Below, piece by piece: positions 38,072 to 51,744 of a stretch of DNA of 64,000 nucleotides. Within the stretch, counting starts at the first letter, position 1, and the number at the start of each line of letters is the position of its first letter. Source of the DNA: Octopus bimaculoides (lineage: Eukaryota). The stretch is from the NCBI RefSeq assembly GCF_001194135.2, contig NC_068981.1, positions 143,089,116-143,153,115 of the forward strand, written 5' to 3'. The notes under the pieces are model-generated. The model was given only the letters and a program-made list of their open reading frames with translations, was not told the DNA's origin and ran no database searches. The translations under genes and the position numbers were made by a program.

Positions 38072-38621
38072 GAGTGACAGTGTGCAACGCATGCCATCAT
38101 AGTGACACTGTGGTCAACTATACGAAGCGCAACATATCCATTATGAGTACCCCTCTAGTAGGGATACACTAGGCACATGCATCACAAACATGTGTATGAC
38201 ACGGTGATTTCATATCAAGATAAACAGATCATGGTTTTGCAGGTGACCCCATTTAGAATTTCCTTCATATTGAGAAGCCCTCCTCTCTCAAAACTTCCCT
38301 GTATAAGGGTTGTTTAAGGTTCTTGAACGAAACATCCATGTTTCCAGAAGAGAATTATTCAAACCCTAATGAATTCCTCTTGACACATGGTTATGATGCT
38401 GCCCCATTACTTCTGTTCTTGTACAGACATGCACATATTGTGAGCCTCAAAGTGACATGCACAGCTGTTTAAGGTCAAACAATTGACAAGCAAATCTGTG
38501 ATATTGAGCAGAATATTTGCTGCAGCCAATCTTTTACACGAAGAGAAAACTTGTGCATGATAACATTTCTAATCCATTAAGATCAGAAACCATGAGAGCC
38601 AGTGCCTGTTATTGCATAAGG

Positions 38622-38622
<1 letters not shown>
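38012..38622 (-). mobile_element. About 0.5-kb (AAT)n-tailed element, copy 3 (most complete), bounded by (TAT)n on both sides
   Basis: Colinear with 804-1289 and contains the block of about 70 bp missing there. (TAT)n at 38012-38071 and about 38620-38687. Confidence 0.8.
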
Positions 38623-38689
<67 letters not shown>

Positions 38690-39195
38690 GATAGATAGAT
38701 AGATAGATGACCTAGAAACTAGGTTGTATGCCTGGCCTGACAGACGCCTGACATCATCTCTGGAAAACGTATTTAAAATCTAGTCAAAATGAATTAGATT
38801 CAGACATTGTAATATGCACATGATTCTCGCCTTCAATAAAACGCCGATAACAAATGTCACAAAAATGATTTCATTCGAAATAGAATACTATGATAGTTTT
38901 AAAACATCGATAAAAATTGAGAGTTTATTGTCCTGAATAAAACATAGGAAAATAATAAAAATATATGATAAACCAATAAAAAATAAGTTTGAATGGGGTG
39001 ACTCGTCTTCTTTATTAGGGCCGTCCGTCATTGTATACACTAGTATATGCAATAGAATCACATTTTCTCTTTCTCTCTGAATTAAGCATGCATTCACGGC
39101 TTTCTCTCCCCATCTCTCTCTCTCTGTATGTGTGCCTGGGNNNNNNNNNNNNNNNNNNNNNNNNNNNNNNNNNNNNNNNNNNNNNNNNNNNNNNN

Positions 39196-39247
<52 letters not shown>

Positions 39248-39574
39248 GTGTGTGCGTGTGTGTGTACATGTGTGTGCGTATGTGTGTACGAATACCTGTT
39301 TATGGATGTATGTTAAGTTATATATATATTTTTCTCTTTTCAAACTGATGGGTTATTGAATCCATTTTTTATAAAGGGCATAGTTGCAAAATTTTACCAG
39401 GAAATGTCTGGCAGTGACCCAGTCGAAAATTATATATATATGTGTAGATTGACAGATGGATAGATAGATGCATATATGTATTTACCAAAAAAAACTTATG
39501 GATGATTTAACGGAATGCTAATGCATGTATAAAGATTTAATATAAACCACTAAATGTATGCTGTTTGAGCAGTT

Positions 39575-39625
39575 CTCACTGACGATCTCTATGGAATAGA
39601 CGAAACTACACGTCTAGTCCGTGTA
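39575..39625 (+). ncRNA. Isolated hammerhead ribozyme-like motif, type I, partly decayed
   Basis: CTGACGA (39579) - TCTA/TAGA stem II - GAAAC (39602) - stem III ACTA/TAGT - GTC triplet (39617-39619). Stem I and the first stem II pair are imperfect. Confidence 0.55.
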
Positions 39626-39710
39626 CTTTCGAATCGGCAGGGGGCGGTTGCCTTCCCTGTCAGCATGTGTGTATCTGCGCTGTTCCTACAGCATTAAGAC
39701 TATTTTAACA

Positions 39711-39925
39711 CGGCGGCCAGCTAGCAGAAACGTTAGCACGCCGGGCGATATACTTAGCCGTATTTCGTCTGCTGCTACGTTCTGACTTCAAATTCCACCG
39801 AGGTCGACTTTGCCTTTCATCCTTTCGGGGTCGATAAATTAAGTACCAGTGAAACACTGGGGTTGATGCAATTGACTAGTCCCCTCCCCAAAAATGTCAA
39901 GCCCTTGTACCATCAGTAGAGAGGA
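39711..39925 (+). mobile_element. SINE family A
   Basis: Well-preserved head and core TTTGCCTTTCATCCTTTCGGGGTCGATAAATTAAGTACCAG. Confidence 0.9.
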
Positions 39926-40087
39926 TTAAGTGTATTTAACTCTTATTTCTATTAACGTAGGAACGTCGGCACGCTCAGTTATAATTAAGGATAATTGAAT
40001 TTTTCTTTATGGTAACACATTGCGTCTAGATGCTTATATCAATTTTAATATACACACATATAACTACGTATGCGTGTGTGTTTGTGT

Positions 40088-40123
<36 letters not shown>

Positions 40124-40491
40124 TCGCGCGCGCGTGTGTGTGTATGTGTGTGTGTGTAATTCTTAGTAACTGAAGCTGAATAAATATCAAAAGTTACTGC
40201 ATATATATGCTCGCTTAAAAGTGGATGCTCTGTTAGAATTTCACTATATATATACACAGGTTATGTACAGTACAGATTTGCTGTGGCCGGACGCATTTGA
40301 CGTGTATTTTCATTATATAGGCATGATAGCTTCCGTCGCCTTAACTATAATTGTAGCCTATACAGTTATATGCATACATGTGTGTGTGTGTGTGTTTGTG
40401 TGTGTGTTTGTGTTTGTGTGTGCTTGTGTGTNNNNNNNNNNTGTGTGTGTGTTTGTGTGTGTGTTTGTGTTTGTGTGTGCTTGTGTGTGTA

Positions 40492-40526
<35 letters not shown>

Positions 40527-40594
40527 GGTAGATAGATAGACAGATAGAAAGACAGGCAGACATACGGAGGGACAGGCAGACAGAGAGGTAGAAA

Positions 40595-40628
<34 letters not shown>

Positions 40629-42002
40629 GGATAGATAATGTATTGTGGTTATGTGTTATTGTGTGCTTATGTCAAAACACACTCACACACGTATCTCTCT
40701 GTGTGCATCCGTGCTCCGTCACATACTTATGTTTGCATATTCTCTTTTAATTTTGTAACAAGATATTCCCAGCTGCCTAGAACCTATGTGAACATACTCT
40801 CAAGATTATCATAATACTTGGTGGCAACAGTCTATTCGTTTCGAATGTAATACAACATACTCTGTATGTTAAAGTCCGCCTCAACTACACCCCATACAGT
40901 TTTATATGATGAAAGGAGCGACAGTGAATAATGCTGGAAGCTACTCTGACGGTTATTCTCTTTTTGTTTTATTCTTATCAAGCAATACCGGTCTTTTCTC
41001 CCTTGGCTCTGGTTAATTACTACTCCATTAGATGTTGTTTATAAAACCCTGAAGCCGTTGACTTGTTTAAGGCAATTTCGAAACGACATATCGAATATTT
41101 GCGATGTAAAATCACAGATTATCGTGTCTTGAATAGACCACCTTGAAGAATAAAGACGAGAAGGGGAAAAACGTATAATATATGGAGATAAGATGAAGGT
41201 AAATAAGAAGCAAAGAGAGAAAGGGAGAACAGAACAGATGTGAAATGAAAGTCAGTGGAGAGAAAACGAAAGCAGCGTAGTAATGGGAGGAGAAATATAT
41301 ATGGAGTAACATTATCATCGGTCCGCTGACTCTTTAGGAACGGTAGAATAACATGACGATATGACATGAACCGGTCATAAAAACACCAACTTCACAACTG
41401 AAACAACCTTTACAGTTAAGTGAAACGAAAATACAATATATTTATTTTGAGATAATCTAAATAGACTAGCTGCTTTTCTCGTCAGAAACACGAAATTTGC
41501 TAGATTTTCCCACTCACTTTTCTCTTGTGACATTCAGATAATTTTTCTAATAGCTCCGCACTTGTACATAATATTTCTCAAAATTGTTTGGGTGGGGTAG
41601 GCAATAATATTATTGTCTAGTACCTTAAGCGAATTAATTCACTTTAGAATTGAAATATTTTAGCTTGTAATTTATCCTAAAATGCATCGTATATATTATC
41701 CATCAAAATAATAATTTGCAAATATTAATATATGGAGAATTAGTTTTCCTTAAGTATCGTTTACATTGAAAAGTAATCTCTCTAAGCCACTTTAAAAGAG
41801 ATTGACACAGCTGAACTTTATAGCAAATTAGTAATTTTGCTTAATGTTTTCGTGTTGTTGTCAAGTGAATAAATTGATATTTCTCCATCATTAAAACAAA
41901 CGATATTTGTTTTGTTGCAGTTTTTCATGCTGTTGTTGTGTCACCCAATATCACTCATGATTAAACAGAACATTTATTATAAATATTCCTCTATTTTTTT
42001 CT

Positions 42003-42042
<40 letters not shown>

Positions 42043-42150
42043 NNNNNNNNNNNNNNNNNNNNNNNNNNNNNNNNNNNNNNNNNNNNNNNNNNNNNNNNNN
42101 NNNNNNNNNNNNNNNNNNNNNNNNNNNNNNNNNNNNNNNNNNNNNNNNNN

Positions 42151-42216
<66 letters not shown>

Positions 42217-42495
42217 ACGCGTGCGTGCGTGCTTATGTGCGTTGCGATCACGATAGTGAATTTGTGGTTTTAATTCAAGAACTGGGAGGTCCGATCGGTT
42301 ATAGAAAAATCTCTTCATCTAACGTATCTCTGCGATCACTCCAACACTTGACGCCCACCTGTTCAGCAGTGCCGATTTGATGGAGTCAGCGAACTGCTGT
42401 ACAGTACAAATATTTGATCATTATAAACAATCACGTTGCCCAGCAAGAAATTGCAAAATCATATTTCTCGAACTAAAAGAGAGTACCATCAATCT

Positions 42496-42800
42496 ATATG
42501 TATGTATGTGTATGTATACGTATGTATGTAGACATGTATGTATGTAGCGTATGTCTGTCAGTTTGTATGTATGTATGCATTTATGTATGTATGTATGTAT
42601 GTATGTATGTATGGATGGATGTATGGATGAATATATGTATGTATGTATGTACTACGTATGTATGTATGTATGTATGTATGTATGCATGAATGTATTGTGT
42701 TTGTATGTATGTATGTACGTACGTATGTATGTATGTATGTATGCATGTATGCATGTATTATGTATGTATGTATGTATGTACGTATGTACGTATGTATGTA
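42496..42800. repeat. Imperfect (TATG)n microsatellite
   Basis: Direct reading. Related (TATG)/(TACA) tracts at 43090-43270, 43700-43965, 48768-48825, 55408-55470 and 56615-56655. Confidence 0.9.
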
Positions 42801-43977
42801 AAAGTTATGAGAGAAAGGGAAAGAAAATGAAAATGACAAAACTCTTTTTCATTAAAAGCGATTTCCGATGGACTGAGACGATCGTAGTGAATAATAATGA
42901 ATTTCATGAATTCCATTTTCTTGCTCATTTTCTCATATTTTTTTTTATAAACTCTACGGACACGAAGGCATTCCTGAAATAAATCTAGTTGCGTTTAAAT
43001 CCATAGTGTTCATCATGTCAGGTAGCCGATTACAGTGAAGGAGCTTTAAAATGGTATACTAAAAGGTGTATACCCAAATTTAAAATTATTATGTAAGTAT
43101 GCATGCATTCATGAATAAATATATAGTTGTATGTAAGTATGTATGTATGAATATATGCAAGTGTGTATGTAAATATGCATGTGTGTATGTATGTATGTTT
43201 GTATGCATGCATCCATGTATGCATGTACCTATGTAAGTATACATGCATATATGTGTGTATGTATGTATGCATTTACTTGTTTAGATATTTGGATATACGT
43301 TCTACCACATACGAAGGGGAATAGGCTAATCGCTGTATTGTTTGTCACAAGAAAACACCTACTTTCGCATTCGAATCGTCCGCGATGTATGAAGAATAAA
43401 TGTGAAGGTCATGTTTTCGATTCCCAATTTTAGCAATATATGTAACAATTTGTTATTGGCTTCTAGATATCAGAATGAATCAGCGAACAAAGTCTTCGCT
43501 GAAGTTATAAACAAGAGAATCAGCTCTTCTTAGATTCAGCTGTCCGGGGGCGTTTTCGCTGAAGATACACAATGATGTTGAAGCACCTGCTGCATCAGTA
43601 TCTCTCGTGCTAATGAATCGAGTATGCTATGAAAACATGCACGTCGTACAAGAGAAGCTATTCTTCTGTGACGTGTAATTTACATAGATTCATACGCCCA
43701 CATGCACACACACGCGTATTTTATGCATATACATACATACATACATACAATTATCCGTACGTACATACATGCATACACACACACATACATACATATATAT
43801 ATAATACATACATACGTACATACGTACATACATACATACATAAATACATACATATATACNNNNNNNNNNATACATACATAAATACATACATATATACATA
43901 AATACATTCATACATACATACATACATACATACTTACATACATACATACATACATACATGCATACATAAGTGCATCC

Positions 43978-44285
43978 CATGACCAACTTTGCATACATGA
44001 GGTTGATAACAGTATAAGACTTGGAAGGCAGCTCTTTGAGCAACACTCTTTGTCTGATTACATCGAATACATGCCCAAGGAAGTTTCACAACTCTACCGC
44101 AACGTATCATCAGATGAAAGATGAGCCTATATGAGCAGAAGATTATGCATGGATATGTTAGTAGGAAGCTCCGTGATGATAGTAACATCGATCATCAAAG
44201 CAGTTTATCATGGACCGATATCTAGATTACTACCTCCCACTTTGAAGGACATGCGTTTGCAGTCGAGCAACAGGAAATATCATCT
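43978..44285 (+). mobile_element. R4-like non-LTR retrotransposon fragment (region downstream of RT)
   Basis: YEQKIMHGYV..IDHQSSLSWT..TSHFEGHAFAVEQQEI resembles the MHG...W...E..I.A.QEQ motif of R4-clade proteins; recognised from memory. Confidence 0.5.
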
Positions 44286-44853
44286 TTTAATTATATATGA
44301 TCATATCTAGATATGCAATTATATGTATGACAATACATACATAAAATAAAACATACAAATCTACATGCATGCATATAAACATACAAAATACCCTGTTCTT
44401 TATGTTGAAATTTCAATGAATAAGTCTTGGATCTAGATTAGAAACCCACTCTTACTCTATAAGCAAGGAATCTTAAAATAATACTGAATAATGACATACA
44501 TACATACACACATAGTCCAGATGTGTTTTCTTCTCTTACTCTTGTTTTTTGCAAACATCATCAAAATAACTTTCTAAAATGAAATCCCATTATGCAGCTG
44601 AGGAGTAGAGTTTCATTGTATTTTCTGTGGTGTTCTCACTACATGAATAAATGGAGCTTGTACGAAACGTACGTACTGCTATAACCTGCTGAATTTTTGT
44701 TGCTTACCTTCAAATTTTATTCACCAAATCTCTTGATTTTGTTTTTGGTTTTTATCCTACCAAATTCTGGTGCCTCAAACATTTTAAGTACCACATTTAA
44801 TATTTTGATTAAATCTATATTACATACACACATACATAGATACGTACATACAT

Positions 44854-47800
44854 CGTCGGTTTCAGCTCGTATTCAAGCATTGGGTTCGTCAGTTTCTTTC
44901 CAGTCTCCCCGGCTGTTTGTGCCAAATGTGAATTTGGAGTCCAAGTCGGTGGTGAAAGAGTCGTGGGCAGAATGCGCACAGGATGGTCGATACGAGTGGA
45001 GAATGCTGAAGACGCTCCATTATTCTTCTGCGTTGTACGTCATAATTCTATTATTTGTTGAGCTCGACAGAACTAGCTCCATTGCGGATAGCAGTCCTCC
45101 AGGCTGTCCTATCCATACCAATATTTTCCTATGAGGATGGCAGGATGTTAGTTTGAGCCAGTGTCGTTGAGCTGGTCTTTAAAACGGAATTTCGGACCTC
45201 CTCTGGGTCTTGTTGCGATTGCAAGTTCTCTGTAGAGCATGATCGTCGGGAGATGAGAGGGCTCCATACGCTGGATGTGACCTGCCCAGCGGAGATACTG
45301 GTGAAGAATCGTGGCTTCGACGCTTGGTAATGAGGCACGGCGAAGAACGTCGTTGTTGGTAATGTGATCTTCCCATCGTATATTGAGGATCCTTCGTAGT
45401 TTGCTTTGCTGGAAGCATTCAAGGCGCTTGAATTCACGGGTTTACAGCGTCCTAGTCTCACAAGCGTAGAGAAGGGTTGAAAGGATAATGGCACGAAGAC
45501 CATGACCATTGTCCGGATGGTCAGCGCGTGATTGAAGAATACGCATTGGCTGAGTCTACCGAAGGTGGAGTGGGCCGCTCTGATCCTGTTCTCCACGTCC
45601 TTTTCACACGTGGGTGTCTTCGAAAGGATATCCCCCAAGGTATGAGAAGTGTTCAACTTCTTCTAGGTGTTGGCCGTTGAGGTTAGTGTTCGTGGGTGAA
45701 CTGTTCTGGTCTGGTACAGGTTGGATCAGGGTTGTGGTCTTTAATGTGTTTATATGCACCCCGAAGTTTTCGTAAGCCTCATTATAAAGATCAGCTGTCC
45801 TTTGTAGGCCATCTGCGGTCCGGCTAGAGATAGCATTGTTGTCAGCATACTGCATCTCACGCAATGAGATGGCAGAGGATCTCGTCTTTGCGCGGAGACG
45901 TGCGAGATTGAAGAGTCCGTCACTCAAGCGATAGCACATGTCGATGGCAGGCGAGTCCAGTGGGATTTCGTTGAAGATGGTGGCTATGTACAAAGAGAAA
46001 CAGGTTGAAGTTAGGACGCATCCTTGCTTAAGAGCCCTAGTGATGGCAAGCAAGTTTGTGATGGCATCTGATGTCATACCCTACCCGCCATGCCGTCGTG
46101 AAGGGAGCGGACCAGGCCAATGAAGTCCTCCGGACATCGAAACTGAGCAAGGACAGCCCATATTGCAGGATGGGGCACCTTCTTAATAGCTTTCTTTAGA
46201 TCCCAGAAGATGAATATTGCAAGCTGTTTTTGTCCTTGACACTTCCTATTGAGTTGGTGGGAACAAAAGATCATGTCGACCGTACCCCGAGCGGGTCCAA
46301 AGCGACACTGGGATTCAGGGAGGACGTCTTCCGCAAAGATGAGGAGGCGATTGAGTAGGATGTGGGCAAAGATCTTACTTGCAATACTCAGGAACGAGAT
46401 GTCCCGATATTTGTTGCAATACTCTCGGTCTCCCTTCTTGTAGATGGTGATGATAGTTGCATCGTGGAAGCCGTTCGGCAGGGTCTTGATTTCCTAGATC
46501 TTGAGGATAAGGAACATCAGATGATTTCTCAGCTCAGGACCTACGTGCGTGAAAAATATTCAAGCGTGAAAAACTGTCTGGTCCTTGTTGAAATTATGGG
46601 ACATGAATAGCAGGAACATCCAATGGCGTATGAGGAACTGTGGGGTATTTTGGAGGCTATCGTCAGAAGTTCGTGAGTGGTCAATAAGTAGGTTTCAAAA
46701 TGGGACTTCCAACGATCGATGATTTCCTGGCTGTAGGTTATCGTAGAGCCAACNNNNNNNNNNNNNNNNNNNNNNNNNNNNNNNNNNNNNNNNNNNNNNN
46801 NNNNNNNNNNNNNNNNNNNNNNNNNNNNNNNNNNNNNNNNNNNNNNNNNNNNNNNNNNNNNNNNNNNNNNNNNNNNNNNNNNNNNNNNNNNNNNNNNNNN
46901 NNNNNNNNNNNNNNNNNNNNNNNNNNNNNNNNNNNNNNNNNNNNNNNNNNNNNNNNNNNNNNNNNNNNNNNNNNNNNNNTGATACTTGCTGTTTCTTTCG
47001 TTTCTTCTCTGCACTGGCATGGTTGTTCAGGGCAAGAAGCATCCAGAGTTTGGCTTCATCAATCTCGTCAAACCAGTCTTCGTTCTTCTTCCGGGCAAAG
47101 CCGATCGTCTCCTCGGTGGCAGCGGTCATGGCTTCACGAAGGCTGGTCCAGCGATCCTCATTTGAGGTCGGCTCTGGTAGGTGCATCAGGTGTCTCTCGA
47201 TGGATTCCCTGAAGTCTTGGGATGCCTATGAGTTCCAGAGTTTGTTCAGTCGAAGCGTCGTCAAGAGATGTTTGCTGAGATTCGCTTTGGTGGGCGGCAG
47301 ATCTTGATGTCAAGGCTAGAAATAAGAAAGCCATGATCCGTCCAGCAGTAATCTGCAACAGCATGGAGCGAATGATGCGTACATCTCGTCTGTCCCTGGA
47401 ACTTCTCAGAACGTAGTCAGAACGTTGCCAGTTTTTAGAATGCAGGTGTTTCTAGGTCGTCTTTTGTCATATTAGGAGACGAGAAAGGAAGTTGGTGATG
47501 ATGAGGTCGTGCTCGGCGCAAAGGTCCAGGAGGAGCCGGCCATTGGCATTGCACTTCACAATGCTGTAAGATAAAGATTGCCGTTCCACAGACAATGGTC
47601 ACTGCTGACTCTACCGTAAAAGTCCCCCAACGCGCCGAGTTTGTCATGCACGGGGACTGTCTGGAAGATGCGGTCCAGCAAGTTATGGAACGAAGCCTTG
47701 ACGTCATCTTGAGATGTGAAGGTAAGAGCGTACACAGAGATCAGTGTAAGGGATCTGTCCCGAATAAGCGGGATCCGAACAGTCATCAGGCGCTTGCTGA

Positions 47801-48765
47801 CAGCAGTTGGGACGAGTCTGTGTGGGTCCACAAGTTGCTTTTTAATGGCAACGCCAACTCCGTTGATGCGTGGTTTGTTAGCATACTGTCCCTTCCAAAA
47901 TGGCGTATTTGCAGCCAGTTTCTCTAATGCTGCCTTCTCCGGAAAGCTAGTGTCGCTCAAGACTGCCACATCGATGTTGAAGCGGGCAGCTTCCTTGCAG
48001 ACGAGGGTTGTACGTCGCTCCGGGCGATTAACCTCACTCTTTTCCTGGAGAGTTAGGATGTTCCAGGCCCCAAAATTGAGAGGTTGAGAGGTTGTGAAAC
48101 AAAGGATTTAGTAGTCGATGATGAATGAGTAGAACTAGAGTTTTGACCGCTGAGTGGGAAGTTCGCCAGTCGCGGTAAGCCGGCCATATCGAGTTGCAAT
48201 GCCCGATGTTTCCTCATCTTTTCTTGGGGCTTTCCCTTGTCGGGTGGGCTGCGGTAAGCCTAAAGAGACCAGCCGAGTCACGAGTCCAGCTGCCTAACTC
48301 CAATGTCACGACTATTCATTGCAGAGAGACTATCTGAGACTCAAAATGTAGAAAGACGAAGCCAGTCTCTGACTAAATTATTTGAGGTGATCCTGGCTGT
48401 GCGACGGCCACGCACACGCACTTTGCCAGGAACGTCTCCACTGCGGCTCCAGAATTGAGAAGTGCAGTCTATGAGGTCGGCTGCAGCGAGTTGCTGGAGT
48501 CTATCCACCTTTGTCACGCCTGACCGCCAGGCGTTACCTTCTTCCGCCAGAGTAAGCCCTTGGGGGTTTGAGACTACTTTCATCTGCTTACTTCACCGTT
48601 GGGGTCTTGATGTTGGTGTTTGGTCGTGTTTCGTCTTGGACCTCATCTTCGACCTTGCCGCCATGGGTGGCTCTGCCAGGAGTCTAAGACTCCGGACGAC
48701 ATCGCTCTAGGAATCATTGGAACACACATGCTCTTCCACCACGGCAAGGAACGACCATCAGAAGA
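44854..48765 (-). mobile_element. Near full-length RTE-clade LINE (5' UTR, APE endonuclease, RT, C-terminal C2H2 finger, (TATG)n tail), decayed
   Basis: LNFGAWNILTL..PERRTTLVCKEAARFNIDVAVLSDT; GVGVAIK; LISVYALT; LPESQCRF..GTVDMIF; FWDLKKA; LKQGCVL..FSLY; YADN; CAFCPRLFHHRLGLQIH. One gap at 46753-46979. Confidence 0.92.
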
Positions 48766-51262
48766 GATACATACATACGTACATACATATATACATACAT
48801 ACATACATACGTACATACATATATATAGAATTACATAATCCAGTAAGTCTCCGTTTAGATGAAAGTGTAGGGTATGTTTTGTAGGATATTTAGATATTTA
48901 GATATTATTTTGTTATACTTTTGTGAACAATTTTGTCATTGGTTTTGATTTCCAATGCATCAATTATGGGTTCATTTTAATATCCAACGCCGCACGGAGC
49001 GACATTTCGAGACCTATGTCTTTGCTAGCCAAAGTGACAATAATGACACTCTGGGAAGAACTGGAAGTAGAGTGCGCATAACCGTTGACCAGAATCTGCG
49101 GTTTTGTACAGTACTGAGAGCCTGCGTATAAGGGCTTTTGTAAAGCATCACATATTATACATCGGTCTATGGAACCATTGCCGAGGGATGTGATGAGTCT
49201 TGCCTTGTGTTTGAGATATGCAATAAGTGGGGCCGCTTTAACATGCCTCTTTTGAAGTAGGCCTTGTAACATCAACTCCATCTGTTCGAGTAATTTATTT
49301 TACTTAGACTAAAGTAAGTTGTTTGAATATATTTCTCCAGGCATAAACAGGCCTACTCCAGATTACTTCGGACTTGAACTTAGCTCTGCTTTCTTTTGAA
49401 GCTTGCCTGCTATTTTTAAAGTGAGTTAACCATCTGTACATCTCTGTTATATATAACATAAAAAAATGTTCTACTGAAATCATTTTGCTGCTTATGTTTA
49501 TTCTGAAAAAATCTCAAACAGCTTTTACATAAGCAGTGTGTACTCCTCAAATTCTTAATGACTACAGAAATAGATGTTTGCACTAGCAGGAAGACCAGAT
49601 GGTATAATGGGAAAAATTGGATACTTGATTTATATTATTTATATGAACTTTCTAAACATATGGGCGACATTTAAGTGAAATGGACTAACATCTGGAAATT
49701 GAAGATCCCTCACAAATTTATCTTTCCAGGAGCTTAATTTAAATTAATCAGAATCCAAATAAATTTAGTGCATTCAAGACACATATACGGTATTTCAAAA
49801 CAGCGCTATTATGTAACCAACTCATATATCCTCGTATAATACATTGCAAATGCCAGCGAAATTCGGCTGCAATTTTAAGAGCTGTTAAGCATTAAAATTT
49901 GCTTAAAGCTTGTTTCATGAGTGAAGTAGTTGTGAAATAAAATTGAAAACTGGATAGAATGCTATTGAAAATTATTAGGTTCAACACAGCTTCTTTCAAC
50001 GAAAAATTAATATTAAGAACTCTTTGTCAACGGTTTAGCACGCAAAAAGGAGGACTTCTGCGTGGTTACTGACCTGCATGGACTAGATACTGAATTTCTC
50101 TTATTTACTTATNNNNNNNNNNNNNNNNNNNNNNNNNNNNNNNNNNNNNNNNNNNNNNNNNNNNNNNNNNNNNNNNNNNNNNNNNNNNNNNNNNNNNNNN
50201 NNNNNNNNNNNNNNNNNNNNNNNNNNNNNNNNNNNNNNNNNNNNNNNNNNNNNNNNNNNNNNNNNNNNNNNNNNNNNNNNNNNNNNNNNNNNNNNNNNNN
50301 NNNNNNNNNNNNNNNNNNNNNNNNNNNNNNNNNNNNNNNNNNNNNNNNNNNNNNNNNNNNNNNNNNNNNNNNNNNNNNNNNNNNNNNNNNNNNNNNNNNN
50401 NNNNNNNNNNNNNNNNNNNNNNNNNNNNNNNNNNNNNNNNNNNNNNNNNNNNNNNTATGCATTTAACACGACCGATTGTATATGTATTTTATAATAATTT
50501 ATTATCATCAGGAAATCAATATTAGAATATCCATCAGAACGATAAATACATGTGTAGAGTAATTGTTGTATTAAAACTGTATGTAAAAATATATGTAGAT
50601 ATGTATAAGTATAAATATATAATATAATAATAATAGTAAATATATCACTTTATAATTACTACAGAAGAATGTTCAAACAGGCATATATGAATTTCAAGAT
50701 TCTCTTACTAAAGCCTATCTACCAAAAATCAAAAACAGATAATATAATGGATTTTACACATAACTATTATGGATTATTACTGAAGACCAACCAAAGAAGA
50801 AAATATGGATTAAAGTCTTATGCTAAAGTGTACTTACCAAAATGCAAAGCAATAACTTTTAATTTTTAATATTTGACTTTTACTTCAAACAAATACCTTT
50901 TATAATATTACTTCATATCTTGAAAAAAAATATCATTCGATAACTTATACAAATTCTAAATTTTATATCTCTGAAGAGCAGAAGAGTTGTCTATAAATGC
51001 TTATCAATATAGGACTCCATTATTAGGGCAGCGCTTTGTGAAACGATCGTAAGATAATTTAAAGCCTAATTCAAAATTTTTTAATTATTATTTTTAATTA
51101 TTATTATTATTATATTATATAATTATACTTATACATATTTACATATATTTTTACATACAGTTTTAATACAGTTACTCTACACATATATAGATCTTTCCGA
51201 TTAATTTTCTAATATTGATTTCCTGATATTAATAATAATATAATATAAAATATATATACATG

Positions 51263-51304
<42 letters not shown>

Positions 51305-51685
51305 NNNNNNNNNNNNNNNNNNNNNNNNNNNNNNNNNNNNNNNNNNNNNNNNNNNNNNNNNNNNNNNNNNNNNNNNNNNNNNNNNNNNNNNNNNNNNNNN
51401 NNNNNNNNNNNNNNNNNNNNNNNNNNNNNNNNNNNNNNNNNNNNNNNNNNNNNNNNNNNNNNNNNNNNNNNNNNNNNNNNNNNNNNNNNNNNNNNNNNNN
51501 NNNNNNNNNNNNNNNNNNNNNNNNNNNNNNNNNNNNNNNNNNNNNNNNNNNNNNNNNNNNNNNNNNNNNNNNNNNNNNNNNNNNNNNNNNNNNNNNNNNN
51601 NNNNNNNNNNNNNNNNNNNNNNNNNNNNNNNNNNNNNNNNNNNNNNNNNNNNNNNNNNNNNNNNNNNNNNNNNNNNNNNNNNNNN

Positions 51686-51744
<59 letters not shown>

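Noticed and set aside
40380-40500. Direct duplication around a 10-N gap
   Set aside because: Probably overlapping contig ends in a (GT)n tract, so an assembly artefact.
44700-44790. Strong minus-strand donor AAG/GTAAGC
   Set aside because: All three upstream frames hit stops within about 50 nt.
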